A DNA stretch of 64,000 bases. Source: Schmidtea nova (Eukaryota). The stretch's first letter is position 1; every line of letters starts with the position of its first letter. Below the pieces are notes generated by a model that was given only the letters and a program-made list of their open reading frames with translations, did not search any database and was not told where the DNA came from. The DNA is taken from positions 480,996,001 through 481,060,000 of the forward strand of contig CM097882.1 in the NCBI GenBank assembly GCA_044892505.1. Reading direction: 5' to 3'. Of the stretch, positions 35,701 through 42,508 are shown one piece after another. Made by a program: the position numbers and the translations under genes.

Positions 35701-38700
35701 TCCGGATCAATTATTGCCAATATCTCCATTATCGTTTTCGATATCCATTCCTCCCCTTGACATATTGGTGTTGTCTCTTTTTCTTTCATTTCCGCAATTT
35801 TATTTAATTTCCTTAAACATAATTCCCATTGATCTTGTCTCTTTTCGTCTTTATTTCTGATAACTATATTCGCTGGGTCTGTCTTGGGTCTACCTCTAGG
35901 TCGTCTATCCATTCCTGTCCCTGTTTCCACAAATCTTGTTGCCTGTCCGGTTTCTTCCGTGACATCTCTTGGTTCGTTAGCTCTTTCCTCTAACCATCTT
36001 TCCATTTCTTGCGTTAATTGTACATTTTCGACATTCGTTCCTCTCGTTTCGTCTTCTGTCAAATCGTTTACTTCTTCTATTATTATTTCTTCTTCGACTT
36101 CTGCTTCTCCGGTGTTGGTTACTTGTATTGTCGTAGGTAGTTCTTGTATTCTTTCGAAAATGTTATCGTCCTTTTCCTTTGTTAATTCGGTTAATTCTTC
36201 TATCATATCGTCGCTGTCTGTCAATATTTCGTCCACGTCATATGGTTGTGGTGGAGTCCTTTCTCCATTCCCTCTGGGTGTTGTCTCAGATCGTCTCGAA
36301 CTTGTCCCTGGTGTTAATGCTGATTTCATCGGACTCGGCGTACTTATACTTCCGTGTGGTTTACAGTTTTCTTCTTTACGTTTCAATGGTTGACCCGCTA
36401 TTGCTTCTACTGTCAAGGTATTCATGAGGTCTAATTGTGCTGGTGTTATTCCGATTTCCAAACTGTTATCTAATGATCGTCCTTGGTGTTGTAAATGGAA
36501 TGGTGGTTCGTATCTCAATTTCTTTTTAATATCTCGAATTTTTTCTGCAATTCCTACCCAAAGCTCTTCCTTATCCTTGTTTGGATATATTATTCTTAAA
36601 TGTACTTTTTGTGGAATTTCTTGCGAGAATTCTTGATTTCTCCATTTCCTGATTACGTGGTCTAGTTGTTCCGGACACCACTCGTTAACTCTTTTATATT
36701 CCGCGATTGCTTTTGCTACTTTACGCAAGCATGTTATATCTTCCCCATTTACCACGAAAAAATCTGCGAGGCCTTTTATTAATTTGGTTTTTAATATTTC
36801 GACAAATTCTTCCGTTTTTTGCTTTTCCCTTTCTAACCACATGGCCGCTGTTTCTGGTCCATCTAGGTCTATTGGCGTAGCTTTCCTTGTTACCATGCAA
36901 ACCCTTCTTATCTCTGGTTCGCAGTCATCTTCAATTCCTCTTTTATATTCTTCTTCATATTCCCCTTCTTTTGGTTCCCAACATTTTCCTTTCTCGTTCC
37001 ATTGTTTTTCTACGGGTGTTCGTATTCGTCTGTTGAGATTGAGTTCTTCTAATACATTTTCCCACTCTGGCCAAATTCGCCAATTTCGATAAATTTCTAC
37101 TATTTGTTGTAATTTACGCATAACTTCTTTCCGTCGTTCCCGTTCTCTTTTCTCATCTTTAGCAGTTTCCCTTGGTGTATCGTCCATTCTGCTAACGTGG
37201 ATGGTTTGGTGATTATCCCATATACCGATTTTATATAGTCGTCTCTCATCGTGATCCCATAATACATGTTCGTTATATTGTATGATTATGTCGTCTTCCC
37301 ATTCGTCTTCTGGTTCTCTTTGCACTAGTGTCTCGTTGATGACATTTATTAATTCTTTAATGGTGCAGTCCGCTACCACTTCGATTTCTTTGGTGTCTTC
37401 ATTAGGTAACTCTACTGAAATTTTTAGATCTGTTATTTTCCCTTGTCTGAACATTGTTTTTCCCATTTTTGCGATTAATTTATCGTGTGAGATTTGTGAC
37501 CATCTCGTGTGACTTGTGTCACGTATGCACTCAATACATCGTTTCAATTTCTCGTATTCGTTTCTCATTAACTCTTTTCTATGTTTTTTGACTTGTGGTA
37601 TGATTTGTTCTATCAGGGAATTTAGATTCTTTCGCAAAACTCGTTCTTTCTCGTATTCTAACCGTGGTTTTATTCTCCTTTCGAAGCACGCGTTTGCTTC
37701 CCTTGCAACTTCTTGTAGGTTCTCTTCTTCTTTTTCATCACATATTGATAACAAGGTTATTTCTCCTGGCCATATACCTGTTTCTACTAAGTGAGTTCTT
37801 TTCTTTACGAGTCTATTCTGCGAATAGATGAATTTGTTTTTGTATGAGCTCCCTAGTCTATCTTCTACCCATCTGTAGATATCGTCTGTAAATGGAGTTT
37901 TGATCCAGATTCTTGGTGTAGACGTATTTATTATTATTGAGATGGTGTAATTGAGGAGTGGTTCCTCTATTAATTTCCCTACGTATCGATTCAACATGTC
38001 TACCTCCCGGTCTTGTAACCATTCTTTGTAGTTCATTTGTAGTAATGCTTTCATGAATTTCCGGTATTGTTTCTTGTCCATGAACTCTTCGTTATATATT
38101 ACCTCTAGCGAGTTATCTAGTAATTTCTGGATTTCATCTACTTTTATCTGTATAGGTTCTGAGGTCTTTATTACTTCTCTCTCTTTATTTTCGTCTTCGG
38201 ATTCATTTAATATGTCTCCTGCTAGGCTACTGATGTCACTATCTTCTTCTTCATCGGAAAACTCTCTGGTGGTATTTCTTAACATATTAATATGTGCTAT
38301 TTGGTTCGTTTCTCCTTGTATATTCTCCGTTGGTTCTGGTTCGTTTTTGTCAATTTCTGGTGTTGGTTCACTCTTGTCCTCTATTACTTCGACTTTTTCC
38401 ATTTTCTTTCCCAACTCGTCTATCTCTTTTAAACGTCTTCTTATCATTTTCCCTTCAAATATTCGCCTGATTCGGGTTTCGTGACGTATTGGTGGTGGAA
38501 TTTCTTCTGGTTCTATTTCTTTAATTCTCATCACATTTCTTTTTGTCTCTGTTACTCCCACGTTTTCCCATATATCCGTTAATTTCAATTTTACTGATGG
38601 TGCATCTCCTATTTGTAAGAACGCTTCTCTGGGCAGTTTTGTCACTCCTGGAATCATCTGGTTTACTTTATTGAACAGTATTTCCACCTGTTCTTTTGCG

Positions 38701-40679
38701 TTATATTGGAATCGAAACATATGGTCGTTGGGCATGATTACCATCATTCCTTTTTTCCAAATCTCCTTTCCCCCTTCCTGGTTTATCTCGGTTTCCACTT
38801 CCTTTTTTGTTTCTTTTTCTACTTCTTCATCTTTTTGTACTATCTCTTTTCGACTTTCGTTGTCGGCTGGATTTGGGTCTATCGAATTCATTTCCAGTGT
38901 GGTTTCTTTCTCGCGAGTGTCTGTTTGGTTTGTTGCTCTTAGCATGTTAATTCTTAGAGGTTGTCGTTCTCTTTCTTGCTGTTTTTGCTCATCCTCTCTT
39001 TGTATTCTTGCCCATTCCTGAGCGTGTCGTGCTTGACTTTCTCGATTCAATCGTTCGTTTTCGCTTTCTATTTTTCTCATCATGCTAATTTGCTGTTGAT
39101 TGGTTTGCGGATTTCCTCTCGTCGTATTGTTTATAAGTTCCGTCAATCTTTGGACTTCTTGCATTAAATGTATTTCTTTGGGGGTGGTTTTGTTCTGATT
39201 ATTGTTATTATTGACTTGTTGGTTCCCATAATCTGGTCGGTTTACGGTATTTGCTTGATTTCCGTAATTTGGTCGGTTCCCATTACTCTGCCAGTTTCCT
39301 CGTTGATTACTTTTTTGTCCGCAATTTCTTGAATAGTGACCAGGTCGTCCGCAATTAAAACAGATTATTGTAGAACATCTGCTTTCCGAGTGTCCTTTGA
39401 CTCCACATTTTCCGCAATTCAAATTTTGATAGCATTCTTGCTGCCAGTGTCCCAACTTCCCGCATGTTTTACATTGTTTTGTTTGTCTTTGAGGGTTGTA
39501 ATTGTTTTGATTGTCAAAGTTCTGCACTTTGTTTCCTTCATTCCTTCGTTGAGGGGGTGGTCGGTTTAATTGTTGCGAGTTTGGAATATGATTGTTGAGA
39601 TTTACTTCTGGTTCGGTTTGCGCTGTGTCCATGGCTAAATAAATTCTGCCTTCGCTTCCTATCATATGCAATTCAAATCGGTTAGCTGTTTCTAACGCTT
39701 GATCTATGGTTTTGCATCCTTGACATCCTACTTGCGCTCTTATGTCGGGTCTTCTTAGTCCTCCTATGAAGATAGCTGCCATTAACTCCTCGTTTATTGG
39801 ACCTCCATCCTTGAATACCGATTTTGCTAATTTTTTCAGTTCGCTCGCGTATACCGCATTAGATTCATTCATCTTTTGTTTCCTCATTGAGAATTCTATG
39901 AATGCCTCGCTCAGCACTTTATTTATTCCAAATGTTTGTTGGAAAAAGTCTTTTATCGCTGTCCAGCTTGTAGGTGGATTGGTACCATTTTTCGCTTCCA
40001 AATATAGGTCCAATGCACTATCTTTCAAATATAACTGAATTCTGCTTACCGTTGTTTCAGCTTTCCACTTGCATACCTCCACGAATATGCCAAATTCTTT
40101 TAAAAAGGTTTCTAATTTACTCGCATCTCCGTTAAACGGTTCTCCTGAAAATTTATCCTTTATTTCTTCTCTTGGTTCACCCATTTCAATTCCGCTGTCT
40201 TGAGTTATTTTACTTTCGTTTCCTCTTGTTTCTAGTTCGTTGTTATGTTCGTCTTCCGTTTTACTCGAGCTTGAATCGCTTTCTGTTTCTCTTATTACTT
40301 CGTGATCTGATATTATACTTTCGTTATCACTCTCGTTGATTTCTACTTCTTGTTCTACTTCACTCTCTAATTCTTCTATATTATCGTTATTAGTTTCGTC
40401 TACTTCTATTTCACTTGTTTGGCTCTCTTTGGGTTCTGCTTGGTTTTCTTTGTTACTTGAACTGTTGCTTACTACTGACAATTTATCGTTTTCGATAATC
40501 GCTTTATCTCTTATTATTTTCCTCGCTTTACTCCCTTGTGGGTTCTTGTTGTTATCTTTGCCGGCTTTCTGCTTTTTTGTTGTTTTTGTTGTAGTACTAG
40601 TTTTGTCTTTTTTATTGCTCTCGCTGCCGACTTTCTTTTCTGTTGGCTTTATTACGACACTCTTTACTCCTGTTCTCAA
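23730..40679 (-). CDS. gag-env-pol: 5649-aa polyprotein: Gag-UBLs-Bcl-2-like-Env-PR-RT-RNaseH-IN-ankyrin-FN3 membrane modules
   Basis: Capsid ~39660-40150; three CCHC knuckles 39321-39473; protease DTG 32796-32804; RT YIDD 31578-31589; RNase H TDAS ~31140; integrase GH...CLTC, DVIGP, TDQG, ERFN, GPY ~29500-30520. Track start is TTG; first in-frame ATG is at 40184. Confidence 0.96.
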   Translation of the reverse strand: MRTGVKSVVIKPTEKKVGSESNKKDKTSTTTKTTKKQKAGKDNNKNPQGSKARKIIRDKAIIENDKLSVVSNSSSNKENQAEPKESQTSEIEVDETNNDNIEELESEVEQEVEINESDNESIISDHEVIRETESDSSSSKTEDEHNNELETRGNESKITQDSGIEMGEPREEIKDKFSGEPFNGDASKLETFLKEFGIFVEVCKWKAETTVSRIQLYLKDSALDLYLEAKNGTNPPTSWTAIKDFFQQTFGINKVLSEAFIEFSMRKQKMNESNAVYASELKKLAKSVFKDGGPINEELMAAIFIGGLRRPDIRAQVGCQGCKTIDQALETANRFELHMIGSEGRIYLAMDTAQTEPEVNLNNHIPNSQQLNRPPPQRRNEGNKVQNFDNQNNYNPQRQTKQCKTCGKLGHWQQECYQNLNCGKCGVKGHSESRCSTIICFNCGRPGHYSRNCGQKSNQRGNWQSNGNRPNYGNQANTVNRPDYGNQQVNNNNNQNKTTPKEIHLMQEVQRLTELINNTTRGNPQTNQQQISMMRKIESENERLNRESQARHAQEWARIQREDEQKQQERERQPLRINMLRATNQTDTREKETTLEMNSIDPNPADNESRKEIVQKDEEVEKETKKEVETEINQEGGKEIWKKGMMVIMPNDHMFRFQYNAKEQVEILFNKVNQMIPGVTKLPREAFLQIGDAPSVKLKLTDIWENVGVTETKRNVMRIKEIEPEEIPPPIRHETRIRRIFEGKMIRRRLKEIDELGKKMEKVEVIEDKSEPTPEIDKNEPEPTENIQGETNQIAHINMLRNTTREFSDEEEDSDISSLAGDILNESEDENKEREVIKTSEPIQIKVDEIQKLLDNSLEVIYNEEFMDKKQYRKFMKALLQMNYKEWLQDREVDMLNRYVGKLIEEPLLNYTISIIINTSTPRIWIKTPFTDDIYRWVEDRLGSSYKNKFIYSQNRLVKKRTHLVETGIWPGEITLLSICDEKEEENLQEVAREANACFERRIKPRLEYEKERVLRKNLNSLIEQIIPQVKKHRKELMRNEYEKLKRCIECIRDTSHTRWSQISHDKLIAKMGKTMFRQGKITDLKISVELPNEDTKEIEVVADCTIKELINVINETLVQREPEDEWEDDIIIQYNEHVLWDHDERRLYKIGIWDNHQTIHVSRMDDTPRETAKDEKRERERRKEVMRKLQQIVEIYRNWRIWPEWENVLEELNLNRRIRTPVEKQWNEKGKCWEPKEGEYEEEYKRGIEDDCEPEIRRVCMVTRKATPIDLDGPETAAMWLEREKQKTEEFVEILKTKLIKGLADFFVVNGEDITCLRKVAKAIAEYKRVNEWCPEQLDHVIRKWRNQEFSQEIPQKVHLRIIYPNKDKEELWVGIAEKIRDIKKKLRYEPPFHLQHQGRSLDNSLEIGITPAQLDLMNTLTVEAIAGQPLKRKEENCKPHGSISTPSPMKSALTPGTSSRRSETTPRGNGERTPPQPYDVDEILTDSDDMIEELTELTKEKDDNIFERIQELPTTIQVTNTGEAEVEEEIIIEEVNDLTEDETRGTNVENVQLTQEMERWLEERANEPRDVTEETGQATRFVETGTGMDRRPRGRPKTDPANIVIRNKDEKRQDQWELCLRKLNKIAEMKEKETTPICQGEEWISKTIMEILAIIDPELRKYWRITEISEKAKSLHSAIAPILPEFIKEKTKSNHLDWQGTTMLIKKLTEGAETDNKYVIAIAYTIYNLLTLSRGRPKPTALERHIKNTAKIIAREIEPYVINKGGWETFIKTNQKKTQAKNMKKKFEKILEELGKEQAGTGNAKSSMNLSAIIMMMLIWMISTDSATAFEVFDCDQMKLGEKYSLRGTEQCKDATPVELQKIKKEQWYHVYQEAELIKTMVNECKVQKTRFAFYCGRGHYSAIVMPGTEREPIVLQGEDCEALFKHGEVTTRDKIKIRGKPGMMMQQTYYVAGRITGGEGYCQGETYPIFGVPATNLVVMDTYIVELKSYEAFFEPTTGEMKTLSMCKIDRSMCQTGMSTLVYKPKVNECQLQLLQGAQFDEIQGKTFQEEDDDDKARAKHLKEALENKRQLKPDHREKRIEMRATPTVLITTNQDVGMRFIKGKATLKCSTTVYETNYPGIYVSKQEVPNAKPKIDTMDIKLHLYVNNKMDFLFHRGQASLQKVYYDLINNDCILNREILKTKLAVAITNPDSAMPLLPLREGHFGRVVGEAMYVYICEKTHASLAATTQLKPGTCTNELEIDYKGKVRYVQPVTRIINPPGFEPNPFNCSNAYGPLYQKPDGKWVMFPGRSEVIAPREFELMQLSKDRQFSDVDVSNNGIYSPKDLEAARQNILFPARREALLSNIVTITGGTNYREGPNYELLLSPAHFKKATENMMKAMWGRFLIFGQMMAGILGVILIIQIVRVIITQMLACFDIYKREKKVNWKMVVGFLPFLAKTMVLHGHSKDIHRIKRLLKILAKMKGTDEEVGRKFKKIMNDEQARQQLKRERKGLWERMKGYKTQNDSSDDDDDDDDYKGGQVYKNQAPQYIEKNPADAWKCYAPPPTMYQEPLQGGKNSTMQMMPMTNVYPMIPEDYKMRRCRSVDPQGDTHTIAVMSSNTGPVLTTTIEINGREIEAMIDTGANISAIDIKWIPQEQRREIERTNVHVIACSKEVVEVAGRWWVKIRHLNTEIDTYVAVIPALSVPCIIGTDLMPALFKEIVIDLGTMRLKDRTGQICAIEAKVTSSKQMIIPARKEKICYVKIDPTIQGDMIFEPSKRFEKRKALPMARGLVNINDDGEIPINVVNFDEEDKIIYENERLGKLTPMMDIELPIEGAEKDKEPTWNIDSELLNKDQKKQLEKLLMEYKDIFAASDLDLGTCDVTLHTIPLTDETPIALRPYKLAEAQKAVAEAEVKKMLDAEVIEPSCSPWQFPVVMVKKKDGTQRFCIDYRRLNTVTKRDTYPLPDINEMLLTLQGAAYFTSLDLKSGYWQIKMKEEDKEKTAFTIGRDLYQFRKMPFGLTNAPASFQRCMNFVTHGIKQCMVYIDDLLIYSSTFEQHIQDIRDVFVRLRQWKLKLKPSKCDWAKEKVTFLGHIVSAKGKEPDPRNIDKVKECPVPKTITQIQEFLGLCGYYRKFIKDYAGIAKPIQELVKKDVSFIWGDEQQTAFETLRDKLITAPILVHPDFKKPFLLATDASGYAAGAVLGQYDDEGKERVIGYYSRTFKKHEKNYSVTEREALAIILAIKHFKYLLWGHIICITTDHQPLVWLGQHKETSSRLMRWAMQLQEYSPDIKFKSGRANANADCMSRLTFPELTDPDVQRICVLIAEDLDFSELKKDQQEDKELGQIIEFLTSRNMEVFKENKELKEHIGKYQHRYIINKGWLLIQDGEKRLMCLPENRRKEIMIQYHDGKLGGHMSEKKTINRMRQKYYWRTMEEDIKEWIKNCLTCATRKDSGKKWKNPLQPMPIPAEPMTTIAMDVIGPLPESLNGNIYILVITDYLTKFPEAFAMQDQKAKTVAKILVEEICCRYGTPKQILTDQGTNFMSELLNEVTNYFRIAKLRTSPYHPQTNGQTERFNGTLIRMLSNYVSRHQTDWDEYIKLCLMAYRMSIHAATKLSPFQLMYGRECNMPIDLEYQPPLSQYMEDDDYVTKFKERMQEIWKTAELNIKFYQESYKDLHDQKKNVKANDLKPGDWVIIETPEIIPGTVKKLQRPGRGPYEIIYKKDNNVKVKLINRPLVRPIYVNTCRCKKVPKTITTTPENRIITRSQTARINMLRANATEDDKAEIRQKEIRNKEIILKAREIMGRWHVKDEVGISRDIRHIISRYAQGLPTEPIISDLLEKIPEILLLKDVGGQPALHNAIQCKNIERAKEFLKIAKETNQNLDVGNREQETPLMTAAIHQADKEMIDLLIKAHFSWTERDREDKTVLNHVIWSSHQPMLKYIIANSTWEIDELVKGDIIKEAIKIGKCNTIRKLIKWKRPEDDTWVLDINEVYSEGQNALLRYLLKFTCDQKTLLTLLGRGNINITKNEEEYKFDKEKEALFNKIRKWCAKPLDKLITYKDINNFNEKYQTIVSEYEELVKILNHPEKCKQVLEKKERESNKKLTPLFKAEAPYQARLDAIQEKAKELLPEFENSKHALEILGALVEKVHAYAKGTYNGNDIVIIKKEMPVTFLLPKDGIMPIHRALRNGKDRKVMEIARVMLNCGSNMNMIDEKGDTLMVFAARAKTKTKVLEELYKAGAGLTGKTDKDNSILDVALLTHNWEMVNFIKTVPNQEEIDHLTDTVKKPSVLAMMNNVELTESILTWINPNTNEPAFRINKFTEHNQNWCIRSALITYKWPEILKMFMERKDLRITTSPKEEKYTGKWKELMKTYINNWIKAKKEILEYKSTNKVIPEQVETQEFEASNLTTLAYAKLIEEINVEDDIFDEPGGDDNTDSDDGNNSENLSDHEPPDKEENERKDKKRDKEGKKGEDEKQRDEEREQGTNDQGDKNDTQRTGYKSTIKPFFKPELLLLTVILTLINPSQGMTCEERAIIQIKNAKGIERVCWSKKDKITEQNSPMDCRISKHEQEIIEINDLDLDTWYKICTVRKQKHPRSHNTIACAKYQTPKAAMTIQQSPKGDYIIGKCGRTETQGTENKKPQAIDKQTTPTLRITIKRPETRIATNETERVSYQMEVLCLALILIIIKRLEEGIEIETMTITEVEDTQNTNIKCWARNNEEIGVNEIRKSRKPTTNKVIKVSKVKADKTYKLCLLEKERNKKGTIKCKTFQPGEVIKFRRRTRKRNKQIKQKVNITLEIKEIEPNVKGVCWRKYEKETNERKTPQCQTSTGATMIQIKGLESKQTYEICLVKKDDQITINDLECGIYTTSSGTRTKTLTRKNKRKQQNKGKPKYTTTFKNNKQPISQEVTTKPERKTSATLTLWKIENKTLEICWIRVQKHIRRQSRECRKTNKEIKIEKLQFNSEYEVCTIEKTDALGNQQERCETYYTPANATSKGITRKLEFKELSQTNEQMDAEKTITDPQAKWTPEEVIKEVKRKQEEREQLMRKLKGQYGIMFNQSESIQTDENKEIKELIGLGILTATIPVIIALSAIWIRKINPKKSVTQWTNRDSTSHGVEMLEEEAREEPKKKEAKSGKLGINNKDKEIKEIKGEEKKYERRTRSLPQSSKWLGLTIILTLINREEATNLQAGIKIVNVQEVEKICWNREDEPIGKDNPLKCIIRKSDQDIVRIEGMDRGIMHRICIIGKEKKSGLPKTVVCQKYETPRLEWYKVKPTKKEIKTTIDRPATQKENTTNKPREGERSTNKTRERISPQQECVCIALILAMSKRIDKGIIIEQMAITIRKTSSNKLCWGTYNEPRKEYQVQTSDESRTNKEIEIQEIQMNEEGSICIWEKGTQEDQPGIEHCKTFQKGETLNFDEERLTKTERTLTLTGLDQTVKGICWIKYNPEVEEDNLTHCKEIKNKEKVELKKMEVNRTYAICTFTRKGSEKPECGLYQISEKPQQQIEPGNVENQTKENNVKQLLNRHWSTQEVMNKVKSQIPKEKKPEAQTQNEIKANQNKRETNSGKTIIGLMSIGILIAYGILTTSIIVYWRYRKRNKAIAIQWPDIKIMKLGIEIPEEIQKEFQRRTKGKEFWKQIEDEERYEEKTIMMV
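33150..35250 (-). other. env: Envelope glycoprotein domain of the polyprotein, chuvirus (Jingchuvirales)/class III fusion-like
   Basis: Internal signal LSAIIMMMLIWMISTDSATA then FEVFDC; motifs CKVQKTRFAFYCGRGH, GYCQGETY, CILNREILKTKLAVA..NPD, GHFGRVVGEAMYVYIC, GIYSPKDL...ILFP, MWGRFLIFGQMMAGILG (TM 33420-33537); furin-like REKR at 34431-34442. Confidence 0.8.
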
Positions 40680-41288
40680 CGGGATTACTTTTGTATACTC
40701 AATTTTCCTGTCTTATCTCTTATCGTGTTCTGATTCTTCTTGTTTGATTGGTTGGTTTGATTGATTTGTATATCTAAAATACAAAGGTCCTCAACGATAC
40801 ATTATTGTTATCGTCGCGCTTTTATTCCCTTTCTTTCGGGATTACTTTTTACTGGGTTTTCATTATTTCCCAATTCCCAGATTCCCCTTTATTTTTAGTC
40901 TATTTAAATTATCTATAGACTGGTCACAATTATCTATTTATGTCGTAATAATTATCTATACTTTATAAATCAATTACTTTTCCCACAGTTTCCCAAATTA
41001 TTGGTCGCTCGAGCGCTCTAATTCCCTGAGTCTTTCTGACTCGTTTATCATTATTTTATCATTTCTATTCATTATTCCCTGCTAGCAATCGTTTTACTCA
41101 TTCTGCCGGTTGCTCCGGTCAGCCCAAATTTTTACTATTCTCCTTGCATGCTTTACTTAAGGTTGCATAATCAGCTTTACTCGCATTTTCTTAACTACTG
41201 GTGCGCACTACTCTAAATCTCGTCGACGATTTTACTAAGGGTCTATATTCCCTTTGTTACTATATATCCGGATATCTCTATAATTCAC

Positions 41289-41610
41289 TATGGCTCTTCT
41301 GGCCTCAATTTTATATCTCACATGGCTCTATTGGCCTCAATTTAATCTCTCAAATGGCTCTCCTGGCCTCAATTTAATCTCTCAAATGGCTCTATTGGCC
41401 TCAATTTAATCTCTCAAATGGCTCTCTTGGCCTCAATTTAATTTCTCAAATGGCTCTATTGGCCTCAATTTAATCTCTCAAATGGCTCTATTGGCCTCAA
41501 TTTAATCTCTCAAATGGCTCTCTTGGCCTTAATTTAATCTCTCAAATGGCTCTCTTGGCCTTAATTTAATCTCTCCAATGGCTCTCTTGGCCTTAATTTA
41601 ATCTCTCCAT
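41289..41610. repeat. 32-bp tandem array (~10 copies, ATGGCTCTATTGGCCTCAATTTAATCTCTCAA) in the element leader
   Basis: Direct reading; no unique spacers. Confidence 0.93.
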
Positions 41611-41649
41611 AACGCCTAGCTAGGTCATTCAATAAGGCTCATTGGCCTC

Positions 41650-42028
41650 AACCCTTTTTTTCAAGGGACAAACCGCTAATAACCCTTTGTTTCAAGGGAC
41701 AAATCTCATAACCCTTTGTTTCAAGGGACAAATCTCATAACCCTTTGTTTCAAGGGACAAATCTCATAACCCTTTGTTTCAAGGGACAAATCTCATAACC
41801 CTTTGTTTCAAGGGACAAATCTCCTAACCCTTTGTTTCAAGGGACAAATCTCCTAACCCTTTGTTTCAAGGGACAAATCTCCTAACCCTTTGTTTCAAGG
41901 GACAAATCTCCTAACCCTTTGTTTCAAGGGACAAATCTCCTAACCCTTTGTTTCAAGGGACAAATCTCCTAACCCTTTGTTTCAAGGGACAAATCTCCTA
42001 ACCCTTTGTTTCAAGGGACAAATCTCAT
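41650..42028. repeat. 29-bp tandem array (~13 copies, AACCCTTTGTTTCAAGGGACAAATCTCCT) in the element leader
   Basis: Direct reading; each unit holds a CCCTT-N6-AAGGG hairpin. Confidence 0.95.
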
Positions 42029-42508
42029 AAAACTTTACTTAACCGGTTAATCACAATTCTTAACTTCGCTAGCGATTACTATTTCTCAGCTGAGTTATAA
42101 CTACTTCTATGCGAGCTGACTATGCACCTTTTATTCTCTCAAAAATGTCATTTCTCTCTATTCTATCGTGATTATTTACTGATCTGTCTGCTTTAACCTT
42201 TTTATTTATTTTTCTCTATGCGCGCTTTACTCCATCACGATTTCCCTATCTCTCTCCCCAACCAAAATATACAAAAAGATCGCGTTGGTTCATTAATGCA
42301 GGATGTGGTGATCAATCACATCACAAAAACTTTCCAACATTTGCGATGGGCCCCTTTCTATACACCCTGACTAGGTTGATCAATCGGTACCTCCCAATGG
42401 ATTCTTATCGGACTACTTTGCAGTAGCTCAAAAATTATTTATATATGACAATTGTACCCATGATTTCATCATTAATAAACCAATAAAATTCCATTCAAAT
42501 TTTATTTA

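Noticed and set aside
20489-40764. Dozens of plus-strand ORFs rich in F/L/S/I
   Set aside because: Antisense shadows of the A-rich minus-strand genes; their hydrophobicity follows from T-rich codons.
41289-42028. CRISPR-like appearance of the 29- and 32-bp repeats
   Set aside because: Units are contiguous with no unique spacers, there are no cas genes, and the context is eukaryotic.
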